Made by a program: the position numbers and the translations under genes. A stretch of 32,000 nt of DNA from Halomicrobium mukohataei DSM 12286. Lineage in GTDB: Archaea; Halobacteriota; Halobacteria; Halobacteriales; Haloarculaceae. Shown in pieces: positions 20,013 to 29,067 of the stretch (positions are counted from its first letter, which is position 1; every line of letters starts with the position of its first letter). The DNA lies in contig NC_013202.1 in the NCBI RefSeq assembly GCF_000023965.1, positions 600,001-632,000 of the forward strand, in the 5' to 3' direction. The notes below the pieces were generated by a model. It saw only the letters and a list, made by a program, of their open reading frames with translations. It made no database searches and was not told the origin of the DNA.

Positions 20013-20063
20013 AGCGTCCGACGACACTCGTCGACCGAGTGTCACCGAACTACTAGGGCTAAC
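20013..20063 (-). other. 16S rRNA processing stem, 5' strand
   Basis: Complementary partner of 18385-18435. Confidence 0.75.
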
Positions 20064-20251
20064 ATCAGATCCCATCTTGACGGCGGACCGCAGGGGTGGA
20101 ATCCTCATTCTTCCGGACTTGGATATACTCCCGAAGGCATCATAAAGCCTTCGAGTCGTGTCCGGCGAGAGGGACTCGCCGTGTGGTCCGTGTGGCCAGG
20201 GGTTCGTCCCTAGCCAAGCATCGATTGCGTCCAAGCCGAACACCCTGTTAC

Positions 20252-20265
20252 ACTTAAGGGCGTCG
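20252..20265 (-). promoter_or_regulatory. rRNA operon promoter box (proximal), CGACGCCCTTAAGT
   Basis: This 14-nt motif is repeated exactly at 20336-20349. TTAAGT serves as a TATA-like element. Tandem rRNA promoters are typical of halobacteria. Confidence 0.6.
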
Positions 20266-20335
20266 GATGAGCGCGAGGCCCGGCAAGGGCGATCTGCCCT
20301 GCACCGCTTCGTATTACATCCGAGGAGCAGGGATA

Positions 20336-20349
20336 ACTTAAGGGCGTCG
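20336..20349 (-). promoter_or_regulatory. rRNA operon promoter box (distal), CGACGCCCTTAAGT
   Basis: Exact repeat of the proximal box, 84 nt upstream of it on the minus strand. Confidence 0.6.
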
Positions 20350-20409
20350 AACGAACCCCGCTACGGCATGCGATTACATGGGTACGTCGGGGTCGTACGG
20401 TAGTACACC

Positions 20410-20492
20410 GATACTGCCGGCTGTAACTGTCTCAGGATATTCGCGACCACGGGGTCGCGAAATTCTGTACAGACGTACGGTCGCTGATATGA
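20410..20492 (+). repeat. C-element copy 2 (83-nt hairpin family), partly degenerate 3' arm
   Basis: The first 19 nt (GATACTGCCGGCTGTAACT) are identical to copy 1. The apical stem TTCGCGACC (20440-20448) / GGTCGCGAA (20453-20461) differs from copy 1 by compensated changes. The 3' arm is diverged. Confidence 0.55.
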
Positions 20493-20747
20493 AAGCGGCC
20501 AGCAGGTCGACGAACAGAGAGACCGGCGACTGCACTGTGTCGGGATAGTCCCTCACCACGGACGACGGAACGCACCAGAGACGGACGGCAAACTGTGTGA
20601 GTATCGCGCGGCTGGAGGTCAGCCGGTCATCCCGCGCAGCGTGCGTCGGTCGGACCGAGTGTGGCCGCGCACGTGTACGTGAGCGCCCGGGTTGTAAATG
20701 TCTCTCGACACGGACCGATCGGCGCAAAAATAGCGGGGCTCGAACGG

Positions 20748-21059
20748 CTAGATCTCGTCGAGGTGCTCTACGCCCTCTTTGGAGACGTTCCCTTTCGTGA
20801 TGTCACCCGGCATCCAGCCGGGCTTGTCGTCGGGAGCCTCCTCTTCCCAGGCCCATCCCTCGTAGATGTGGACCTTGTGGGTTCCCTTCTCGCGGAGCCG
20901 AATCTCTTCGGGATCTGCGTCGTCTTCGCTGTCGGCGGGATCGAGACGCCGGGCGGCCTTCAGTGCCGCCTGACGTGGTGTTCCACCCGAGAAGACGCTC
21001 GTTTCGTCACCGTCCTGTGTTCGGAGCGCAAAATTGCGCTTGTCCTTGTCGCGTGCCAT
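20748..21059 (-). CDS. MC1-family non-histone chromosomal protein
   Basis: RNFALR...VFSGGTPRQAALKAARR...IRLREKGTHKVHIYEGWAWEE...PGWMP matches the MC1 signature, with an acidic insertion. ATG at 21057-21059. A T5 run lies just downstream of the stop. Confidence 0.85.
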   Translation of the reverse strand: MARDKDKRNFALRTQDGDETSVFSGGTPRQAALKAARRLDPADSEDDADPEEIRLREKGTHKVHIYEGWAWEEEAPDDKPGWMPGDITKGNVSKEGVEHLDEI

Positions 21060-21283
21060 GGTTCTCACCGCTCCATGTCAATGGAACACATGGCTCAACA
21101 TAAATATACCCCCAAATCGACCGCTCCCGCCACGGTACATTTATATGTGATAACGAACGGAACCCCGAAACAGGGTACAAAAGCGGCCGTGTCCCGTGCT
21201 CGCGCGCGGTGACGCGTGAACGATACGCCTCGCACGGTAGACTTAAGTATATCCTACGGCGATGCACGGAGTAGGATAGCGCG

Positions 21284-21481
21284 ATGGTGCGAAAGAAGAA
21301 GCTCAGCCCAAGTGGCGCCAAAGACGACGATGGCGAGTACCACAACGTTCACATCAACATCCACGAGGACGAACTCGCAGTCGCTGGGATGGAGATCGGT
21401 GACGAAGTGTTCGTCCGCGTCCGGGACAACAAGATCATCATTCAGAAAGCAGACCCAGAGGACGTCGAACACGAGTTTTAG
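21284..21481 (+). CDS. small AbrB/SpoVT-like domain protein
   Basis: 65 aa. HINIHEDELAVAGMEIGDEVFVRVRDNKIIIQK fits the swapped-hairpin AbrB pattern. A CTTAAGTATAT box lies about 35 nt upstream. Good codon bias. Confidence 0.6.
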   Translation: MVRKKKLSPSGAKDDDGEYHNVHINIHEDELAVAGMEIGDEVFVRVRDNKIIIQKADPEDVEHEF

Positions 21482-21536
21482 CAGCACCATCACGGCGGAT
21501 CGCGGTTCACTGAACCGCGACTGCCAGACGAGACAC

Positions 21537-22589
21537 ATGAACCTCTACGACATCGCACGACCGCTGTTGTTTCAGTTGCCGGCAGAGACCGCCCACCGAA
21601 CGGTACACCGACTGCTCGAAGTGGCCGACGAGACGCCTGTGACGGAGTTGCTCGAACGACGGTACCGGGTCGACGACGACAGACTCGCCGTCGACGCGTT
21701 CGGCCAGCAGTTCGACAGTCCGGTCGGCGTCGCGGCGGGGTTCGACAAGAACGCCGAGATCCCCGGCGCGCTCGGTGCGCTGGGATTTGGCTTCGTCGAG
21801 GTCGGGGGCGTCACGGCCGAGCCACAGACCGGGAACGCCCGCCCCCGGATGTTCCGTCTGCGCGAAGACGAGGCGATCATCAACAGGATGGGGTTGAACA
21901 ACCACGGCGCAGACGCCGTCGGCGAGCGGCTGACGGCGACGGACGCCGCGGTGCCCGTCGGCGTCAACATCGCCAAGAGCGAGCACGTCGGCACCGACGA
22001 CGCACCGGACGACTACCGCTACACCTACGAGCGGGTGGCCGACGGCGGCGATTTCTTCGTCGTCAACGTCTCCTGTCCGAACTCACAGGGGTTCGAAGAG
22101 CTCCAGAACAGGGAGTCGATGGCGGCGATTCTCGGCGAGCTGAAAGACGCTGGCGCGGCTCCGATACTGGTCAAACTCGCGCCCGACCTTCCGGAGCCGG
22201 CGATCGAGGACGCGCTGGCGATCGTTCGCGAACTGGATCTCGACGGCGTCGTGGCGACTAACACCTCCACCGAGCGGCCCGCATCTCTGCAGAGCGGGCA
22301 CCGCGTCGAGACCGGTGGCCTCTCGGGCAAGCCCATCGAGGATCGGGCGACGCAGATGGTCAAGTTCGTCGCCGAGCGCGTCGACGTACCGGTCGTCGGC
22401 GTGGGCGGCGTCTCCAGCGCGGAGGGTGCCTATCGGAAGATACGGGCCGGCGCGACGCTGGTCGAGCTGTACACGGCGCTGGTCTACGAGGGACCGACGC
22501 TGGCCCGAGAGATCAACGAGGGGCTGGTGGCGCTGCTCGAAGCGGACGGGTTCGAGACGATCGAGGACGCCGTCGGCGCAGATCTGTAG
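21537..22589 (+). CDS. pyrD: dihydroorotate dehydrogenase (quinone), class 2
   Basis: 350 aa from ATG 21537 (MNLYDIARPLLFQLPAETAH...). Motifs GFDKN, GFVEVGGVT, NRMGLNN, NVSCPN, GGLSG. The longer track ORF from 21216 is rejected. Confidence 0.93.
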   Translation: MNLYDIARPLLFQLPAETAHRTVHRLLEVADETPVTELLERRYRVDDDRLAVDAFGQQFDSPVGVAAGFDKNAEIPGALGALGFGFVEVGGVTAEPQTGNARPRMFRLREDEAIINRMGLNNHGADAVGERLTATDAAVPVGVNIAKSEHVGTDDAPDDYRYTYERVADGGDFFVVNVSCPNSQGFEELQNRESMAAILGELKDAGAAPILVKLAPDLPEPAIEDALAIVRELDLDGVVATNTSTERPASLQSGHRVETGGLSGKPIEDRATQMVKFVAERVDVPVVGVGGVSSAEGAYRKIRAGATLVELYTALVYEGPTLAREINEGLVALLEADGFETIEDAVGADL

Positions 22590-22689
22590 AGTATAGTCGG
22601 AGCGGGCAGCCAAGTTTTGCCGTCGGCTCACTCTGCTCACGGCTCGTTCCTCACCGTTCGGCTTCGAGGCCCGCCGAGAGCGCGCCTCG

Positions 22690-24501
22690 CTACTCCAGAG
22701 CGTCCAGACGGAACTCGAAGGCGGCCACCGGTACTTCGAGGTCGTGTTCGACGAGCACGGCCGGGTCGACCTCACCGACGACGCCCACGGCCTCGCCGTC
22801 GAGTTCGACCGCCGCGGTCCGGCCGTCGATGAACGTCGGGTGGTCGATCGGCGGCGTCGCGAGTTCTGTGTCGAAGTTGGCGGCGATGGCCTGCAGGCGC
22901 GTCTTGGCGTCCTCGTAGGAGGCGTCGTGACGCGCGACCGCGGCCGCGACCGTGCGGTGCTCGGCGACGTTGGTGTTGGTCGATTCGTCGACCTCGACAG
23001 CCAGACCGATCTCTGCGAGGTCCTGTGGGTACGAGCGATGCGTGTTGTTCTCGAGGACGAGCATGATGGAGGGCAGCGCCCACGACCGCAACATCGTGTA
23101 GTCCTCGCTGTAGGGCTCCTGGATCGTCACGGGATCGCCGCCGCCGACGACGTCGCTGCCGGGAGTCACCTGCAGGCGCTCGTAGTTCGCTTCCTCGCTG
23201 ATCATGTAGAAGTTCAGCAGGTCCTCGAAGCCCAGACCGACCAGCACGTCTCGGGTCGCCCGTTCGAGCTTCGAGCGGTCGTGACGGCCCCCAACCGTCG
23301 ACACGTCGGGGTACCGCGGCTCCAGCGTGTTGAAGCCGTAGGCTCGACCGAGGTCGTCGATCACGTCGATCGGGTGGAGCACGTCGACGCGGTAGGGCGG
23401 GATCTCGAACTCGTAGACGCCGTCGGTGTCGGTCTCGCTGGCGTCGAGACCGGCCCGGTCGGCGAGATCGCCGATCTCGCGCTTGTCGAGGTCGACGCCC
23501 AGAATCGTCTCGATGCGGTCGTGGGCCACGGTCTTGGTCTTGGTCCCGAGATCCGGGCGGAGGAACGACTGACCCGCGTACTCGCCGGGCGCGCCGTCCG
23601 TGTACTCGACGGCGACCTCCTCGACGGTGCCACCGCGAGCGTCGAGCGCGTAACAGACGATCGACAGCATGTGGTCGATCGTCCACTGGTCGGTGCCGGT
23701 CATCTCGATGAAGAGGTCCCGCGAGCCGGTGTCGACTTCGGTCCGCTTGCCGTTGATGACCGGCGGGAACGAGAACAGCCCGATCGAGTCGTAGATCGCC
23801 GGGACGCGATCCATCTCGGCGACGAGGTCGGCGTACTCGACGCCGATATGGTGGGTTTCGGTCACCTCGGCGGGGGTCATCGCACGGTCGCCTTCGAGGG
23901 GGACGAACTCCTCGCTGTCGGGGTCGATGCCCGTGTAAGTGATCGTCTTCGTGACCGAGTCGGCGTCAGCACCCTCACCGGTCGGGTCGGCGTCCGGGCG
24001 GGCGAGATCGTCTACCGCCCCGTCCTGTGGCGGTGAGGCGGTGACGTTCGCCGCGCCGCCCTTCAGCATCGTCAGGTCGTGGACGCCGATCGCGCCCTTG
24101 GCGCGCTTGCGCCCCATCGTGGCGTGGAGCTTCTCCTGGAGCTGGATCAGCGAGTCCAGCGACGACTGGTCGAGGTCAAGCCCGCGGACGATCGCGCCGG
24201 TGACGTAGGGACGTTCCGGCGGCGTGTCTTCGACCTCGATGGTCCACTCGGCGTCGTTGGTGCTCGGGACGTACACGCCGCGGTCGTCGCCGTAGTCGTA
24301 GCGCAGCGAGCGGGCGATCCCCTCGACGGAGAGTCTGTCCAGCCGGTCGGGGGCGAACTCCAGTTCGAAGTGGCCCTCGTCGGTCTCGCCCTCGTACTCC
24401 AGGCCCAGCGAGAACAGGTCGTCTCGGAGTTCGTCGTCGCTCTTGTCGCCGTGGCCGGTCAGTTCGCGCAGTTCGTCGGGGTCGATGTCGACAGTTGGCA
24501 T
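22690..24501 (-). CDS. pheT: phenylalanine--tRNA ligase beta subunit
   Basis: 603 aa with the archaeal PheT N-terminus (MPTVDIDPDELRELTG...LFSLGLEYEG). Its ATG overlaps the pheS stop by 1 nt (TGATG). Confidence 0.93.
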   Translation of the reverse strand: MPTVDIDPDELRELTGHGDKSDDELRDDLFSLGLEYEGETDEGHFELEFAPDRLDRLSVEGIARSLRYDYGDDRGVYVPSTNDAEWTIEVEDTPPERPYVTGAIVRGLDLDQSSLDSLIQLQEKLHATMGRKRAKGAIGVHDLTMLKGGAANVTASPPQDGAVDDLARPDADPTGEGADADSVTKTITYTGIDPDSEEFVPLEGDRAMTPAEVTETHHIGVEYADLVAEMDRVPAIYDSIGLFSFPPVINGKRTEVDTGSRDLFIEMTGTDQWTIDHMLSIVCYALDARGGTVEEVAVEYTDGAPGEYAGQSFLRPDLGTKTKTVAHDRIETILGVDLDKREIGDLADRAGLDASETDTDGVYEFEIPPYRVDVLHPIDVIDDLGRAYGFNTLEPRYPDVSTVGGRHDRSKLERATRDVLVGLGFEDLLNFYMISEEANYERLQVTPGSDVVGGGDPVTIQEPYSEDYTMLRSWALPSIMLVLENNTHRSYPQDLAEIGLAVEVDESTNTNVAEHRTVAAAVARHDASYEDAKTRLQAIAANFDTELATPPIDHPTFIDGRTAAVELDGEAVGVVGEVDPAVLVEHDLEVPVAAFEFRLDALE

Positions 24502-26009
24502 CAGTAGAGCACCTCCTCGGATCGCAGGAAGTCGAGATCGACGAGCGTCCCGTGGACGTCTCGGATGTCCTCGGCACCGGTCACGAGCATCAGCAGCCGT
24601 TCCAGGGCCAGCCCCCAGGCCATCACGTCACAGTCGACGCCGAGCGGTTCGAGCATCTCCGGTCGGAAGATTCCGGAGTTGCCGATCTCGATCAGTTCGC
24701 CCGTCTCGGGGTGGCGACCGAACAGCTCGAAGCTCGGTTCCGTGTAGGGGTTGTAGTGGGGCTTGAACTGGACGTCGGTGATGCCGAACTGCTCGTAGAA
24801 CTCGGTGAACGTCCCCATCAGGTCCCGGACCGACAGCTCCTCGGCCATCACCCATCCCTCGATCTGGAAGAACTCCAGCAGGTGGGTCGCGTCCAGCGTG
24901 TCGTTGCGGTAGGCCTTCTCGATCGAGAAGAACCGCTGGGGCGGCTCCAGCTCGCCGAGCGCTTCGCCCGAGAGGTGGCGAGCAGTCAGAGACGTGGTGT
25001 GACCCCGCAGGGCCAGGGCCTTGGCGAAGTCCAGATCCCACGGCGAGTGGTACCCCTCGCCGTCGGGACCGACGCCCTCTCGGTGGGCCGACTCGACGCG
25101 CTCGACGAGGGCCGCCGGCAGCTCGTCGATCTGTGCCGGCTGGTCCAGCGCGAAGCGGTCCCAGTGGTTGCGCGCGGGGTGGTCCTGTGGCATGAACAGG
25201 CAGTCGTTGATCCAGAAGTCCGCGTCGACCGTCGGACCCTGCATCTCCTGGAAGCCCATGCCGACGAGCGTGTCTTTGACGTTCTCGGCCTGCCGGCGGA
25301 GGACGTGGGTCTTGCCGGTCCGGACCTCGTCGGCGTCGGCCTCGACGTTGTACTCGGCGAACTCCACGTCACGCCACTCCCCGGAAGTCAGCAGCTCCGG
25401 GGTGACCTGTCCGACCGTTTCCGCGACTTCGACGCCGGCCATCAGCGTCGTCACACCGTCGTCAGTGAGCCGCGCGGAGCGGACCGTGGTCTCGGAGATC
25501 TCGACAAGTCCGCGGCGGTCGAGCTGTGCGAGCACGTCCTCGTCGGCGACCGACTCGCCGTCCGCCAGCGCGGCCAGCGCCGCGGCCTCCGGGTCGCTGT
25601 CGGGATCGGCCCCGGGGTCGGCCGACACGGCACCGCTGTCGATCTTGCCGTACCCCTTGCGCGCGAAGTTCGAGAGCGCGATGTCGACGGCCGCGCCGTC
25701 GAGGCCGGCCGCGCCGATGACCGGTCCCATCTCCGCGGGCTCGTCGTCCGCACCGGCGTCGATCGCACCGCGGTAGAAGCGAACTTCCGGGAGCCCCTCG
25801 TCGAGGTACGCACGGCCTTCGTCGGTCAGTGTGGCGGACTCGACGGTCTCCTCGGCGAGTGCGAGCAGTCCCTCGTCTTCGAGTGCGAAGGCGGCACCGG
25901 TCGCCGTCTCCGGTTTCAGGCCGGCCTCGTCGGCCAGCGCGTCGATACGTCTGGCGTCGTCTGCGTCGGCAGCCTCCAGCAGGGCCACCTGCGCGTGTGG
26001 TAGTCGCAT
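24501..26009 (-). CDS. pheS: phenylalanine--tRNA ligase alpha subunit
   Basis: Class II core motifs are present (FRNDTLDATH-type, GWVMAE, GNSGIFRPEML, AWGLALERL). Start taken at ATG 26007-26009 (MRLPHAQV...). Confidence 0.93.
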   Translation of the reverse strand: MRLPHAQVALLEAADADDARRIDALADEAGLKPETATGAAFALEDEGLLALAEETVESATLTDEGRAYLDEGLPEVRFYRGAIDAGADDEPAEMGPVIGAAGLDGAAVDIALSNFARKGYGKIDSGAVSADPGADPDSDPEAAALAALADGESVADEDVLAQLDRRGLVEISETTVRSARLTDDGVTTLMAGVEVAETVGQVTPELLTSGEWRDVEFAEYNVEADADEVRTGKTHVLRRQAENVKDTLVGMGFQEMQGPTVDADFWINDCLFMPQDHPARNHWDRFALDQPAQIDELPAALVERVESAHREGVGPDGEGYHSPWDLDFAKALALRGHTTSLTARHLSGEALGELEPPQRFFSIEKAYRNDTLDATHLLEFFQIEGWVMAEELSVRDLMGTFTEFYEQFGITDVQFKPHYNPYTEPSFELFGRHPETGELIEIGNSGIFRPEMLEPLGVDCDVMAWGLALERLLMLVTGAEDIRDVHGTLVDLDFLRSEEVLY

Positions 26010-26297
26010 GTTCGTTGTCGGATACACGGCGGGTTCGTCAGTTAACGGTTCTCACTTGCCGCGGACGGTTTCGTCGGGGCCGGCCTCTCGACGCGCCCCG
26101 AATCCGCCGCCCGGCGAGGCGAAAACGGAGTCGAATCCCATCGGCGTCGCTGACTGGCGAGCGGATCTTCCGGTCTGGGATTCGGATGCCATGTGCGAAC
26201 GGATAGCGTGGCCAGTCAAAAGCGTTGCGGGACCTCGTCGGGTCGTGTTCGGGCGAGAGCGTCCCGTGAGACGGGGGATCGAGGAGTGAGCGAGCGA

Positions 26298-27920
26298 TCA
26301 GCGCTTGCGATCGCTGTCGAGGTCGATGTCGAGCTCGTCGAGTTTCGCTTCCCACTCGGCGCGTTTCTCCTGGTGGTCTTCGAGGAACGACTCCATCAGT
26401 TCGGCGGCCTGTTCCTTGCAGCCCCCACAGAGCCGTTCGCCCCCGACGCACTCGTCGTAGACCTCCTTGGCGAACTCGTCGTCGTCACCGGCGAGCAGGT
26501 AGGCGTACAGCTCGTAGACCGGGCACTCGTCGGCCTTGCCGCCCTTCTCGCGCTGTTCCTCGGCGGTCGATCGGCCGCCGGTCGTCGCCGACTTCACCTT
26601 GTCGTAGCCGTCTTCGGGGTCGTCCAGCAGCGAGATGTGTGAGGCGGGAATCGAGGAGGACATCTTGCCGCCGGTCAACCCCGTCATGAAGCGGTGGTAG
26701 ATCGACGACGGTGCGCGAAAGCCGTAGCCGCCGTGGTCGATCGCGATCTCGCGGGCCAGTTCCGTGGCGGCCTCGCGGTCCATGTCGAAGGCGTCGACGT
26801 GCTCGTCGTAGACGCGCTTCTCGCCCTCGACCGCCTCGATCAGCGCCTCGAAGGCCTCGTCGGTGGCGTTGCGATCGAGGAAGCGAGTCCGAGGGCGAAG
26901 TGGTTCCTTGCCCGCAGCGCGGAGCTTCTCGACGGTGCGCTGGCGCACGTCGTCGGGCGCGATTTCGGCCTCGATCCAGTCGGCGGCCGCTTCACAGCGG
27001 ACGCGCTCGTCGGCCGAACGGTCGGCCTGCAGGGCCTCGTGGGCGGCACCGAGCAGCTCCCGCTCGGCGTCGTCGACCTCGAAGCTCGCGTACGCGCGAG
27101 TGACGCCGAAATAGCCCATCCGGGCCGCCAGGTCGCGGGCGAGTCGCATGTGTGGGTCCTGGTCGGGACCGACCGGGATCACCGTCGGCTTCGGCCCGTC
27201 GAGTTGCGGGTAGAGGATGTCGGCCATCTGGGTGACGACCGACTGCATGTGACTCACGTCGGTCTCGCCGTCGAAGTCGTAGATCGCCTGGAGCTCCGAG
27301 AAGTTCGCCTCGGCACCGAGTTCGAAGGCGAGATCCTGTACGTCGCGGTTCTCGGACTGGCGGTACAGCTCTCCGTCCTCGGGATCGAAGCCCAGCGCCA
27401 GCAGCGAGAGAACGTAGTTCCTCGCGTGCTCGTCGATCTCCTCCCAGGTCAGGCCGCGGGCGCTGTGGGCCTCCAGGTCGGCGATCAGTCCGTACGCGTC
27501 GCCGCCCCGCTCCTGGTGCCAGATGATCTCGTCGAAGACGAGTTTGTGACCGATGTGAGGGTCGCCCGTCGGCATGAACCCCGACAGCGCGGCGAACGGC
27601 TCGCCCTCGCGCATCGCGCGAGCCACGGGGCGGTAGTCGCGGTGCCCGAAGATGACGCCCCGTCGCATCAGGTAGTGGGGCTCCGGGACCTCGGGCAGGA
27701 CCTCGTCGAAGGACTCGATGCCGAACTGGTCGAACAGCTTCCGGTAGTCCGAGACCGTCGAGGAGCCCCACGGATCGAGAGCGACAGCATCGGGGCCTTC
27801 TGCCTCCGTTCCACCGTCCGTTCGGACGGAGGTCCCCGAGCGCTCGCGCCAGTCCGAACCCGACGCGGCGCTGTGGTCGTCGGGCGATCCCTCGTCGCGG
27901 GTGCGATCTGGGTCACTCAT
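26298..27920 (-). CDS. trpS: tryptophan--tRNA ligase (long haloarchaeal form)
   Basis: Class I signatures PTGDPHIGHK and KMSSS. It has an acidic N-terminal extension and a C-terminal CGGCK-containing tail. Archaeal/eukaryotic TrpRS-type core. Confidence 0.85.
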   Translation of the reverse strand: MSDPDRTRDEGSPDDHSAASGSDWRERSGTSVRTDGGTEAEGPDAVALDPWGSSTVSDYRKLFDQFGIESFDEVLPEVPEPHYLMRRGVIFGHRDYRPVARAMREGEPFAALSGFMPTGDPHIGHKLVFDEIIWHQERGGDAYGLIADLEAHSARGLTWEEIDEHARNYVLSLLALGFDPEDGELYRQSENRDVQDLAFELGAEANFSELQAIYDFDGETDVSHMQSVVTQMADILYPQLDGPKPTVIPVGPDQDPHMRLARDLAARMGYFGVTRAYASFEVDDAERELLGAAHEALQADRSADERVRCEAAADWIEAEIAPDDVRQRTVEKLRAAGKEPLRPRTRFLDRNATDEAFEALIEAVEGEKRVYDEHVDAFDMDREAATELAREIAIDHGGYGFRAPSSIYHRFMTGLTGGKMSSSIPASHISLLDDPEDGYDKVKSATTGGRSTAEEQREKGGKADECPVYELYAYLLAGDDDEFAKEVYDECVGGERLCGGCKEQAAELMESFLEDHQEKRAEWEAKLDELDIDLDSDRKR

Positions 27921-27999
27921 GGTCGAACTGACTGGCGCGAGCCAATCTATTCATGCGTAGGCAGTCGTCGGCGCAAAAAGGGTTCGTTTCGGGCCGCGG

Positions 28000-29010
28000 T
28001 CAGGGCGTCAGCCGCTCGACGGCCAGCCAGTCGATCCCCTCGTCGCCGACGAACGCGTAGGCCATCGTCTTGCGCACGCCGTGGGCTAGGCGCACGTCCA
28101 GTGCGAGATCTCGGGGCTCGAAGACGTGGCCGGCGTCGAACGCCCGCACGAGCAGTTCGGAGTGGCCCAGGTCCGCGACGCTCTCGACGTCCGCGTAGGT
28201 CCGGAAGTCAGCGCCGAACTTGAAGCCCGTTTTGGGCGCGACACCCTGCTCTCGAAGCCGTTCGTACACCGCGAGCCGGCGGTCGAACCGATCGCCCTCG
28301 ACGGCGCGACCGCGTTCGATCACCGCGTCGGCATCGCCCTCGACGTGGAGGGTGCCCGTCCCGGCGAGGTACGCGGCCTCGACCAGCGAGAGCTGGATCG
28401 CCTGTGCGTCCTGCTCGTCGAGCGGTTGCCCGTAGAAGGCCGCTTCGTACAGTTCGGCGGGCGGGTCCCAGCAGACGACCCTGTCTGCGAGCAGATCGCC
28501 GTCGGTTTCGGGGACGGACGACCGACTCGTCCCGGTCACGTCCGGACGGTGGGTCTCGAAGTAGCTGATCTCGCTCTCCTCGTCGACGACGGCCAGCGCA
28601 CACGCCCCCAGATCGGCTGCCGGGACCGTCTCGCGCTCGCTGACGACCCGGATCCGGTGGGCGACGGCGTCGTCCCACGGCCCCTTGCCCCGTGGATAGA
28701 CGACGAAGTCACAGCCGTCGGGGTCCGCGACGCGCTCCGAGCGGGCCGGCGAGCAGTAGAACCCCCGGTCGCGCAGGTCCTTGTAGACGAAGAAGTCGAC
28801 CTCCGACAGCAACGCGGAGTTCAGTAGCTCCCGAAGTCCCATCCCGTCGACACCGTCGAGGTCACCGCGATACAGCAGGTGTGCCGCCTCGACGGGTGCC
28901 AGTTCGAGCTTCCCGGCGTCGACCGGCCGACCGTACCCGCTGGAGTCGTAGAACTGCTCGCGGGCCTGCTTGCCGGCCCGGACGACCCCATCGGAGAGCG
29001 TCGCATCCAT
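28000..29010 (-). CDS. endA: tRNA-splicing endonuclease (tRNA-intron lyase), duplicated-domain haloarchaeal type
   Basis: 336 aa with two tandem EndA-like halves. The first is LAPVEAAHLLYRG...FFVYKDLRDRGF...DFVVYPRG. The second is LSLVEAAYL...YERLREQGVAPKTGFKFGADFRTY...HSELLV...LAHGVRK. Confidence 0.9.
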   Translation of the reverse strand: MDATLSDGVVRAGKQAREQFYDSSGYGRPVDAGKLELAPVEAAHLLYRGDLDGVDGMGLRELLNSALLSEVDFFVYKDLRDRGFYCSPARSERVADPDGCDFVVYPRGKGPWDDAVAHRIRVVSERETVPAADLGACALAVVDEESEISYFETHRPDVTGTSRSSVPETDGDLLADRVVCWDPPAELYEAAFYGQPLDEQDAQAIQLSLVEAAYLAGTGTLHVEGDADAVIERGRAVEGDRFDRRLAVYERLREQGVAPKTGFKFGADFRTYADVESVADLGHSELLVRAFDAGHVFEPRDLALDVRLAHGVRKTMAYAFVGDEGIDWLAVERLTP

Positions 29011-29067
29011 ACTCCTGCCTGCGCGTGGGCGAGTAAAGCCCCTGCGGGTCGTATCGGAGACGGAGCG

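Noticed and set aside
20493-20747. Short matches to the E-element (GCGCAGCGT, which is the reverse complement of the conserved loop ACGCTGCGC, and ACGTGTAC) in the 250-nt spacer between hairpin copy 2 and the MC1 gene. These suggested a degenerate inverted E copy.
   Set aside because: Only 8-9-mers match. There is no collinear helix architecture, so this is compatible with chance in GC-rich DNA.
26098-26186. GAATCC/GGATTC motifs in the trpS-pheS spacer that superficially resemble tRNA T-loops.
   Set aside because: No acceptor stem, anticodon arm or GGTTCRAAT-type T arm can be folded on either strand.
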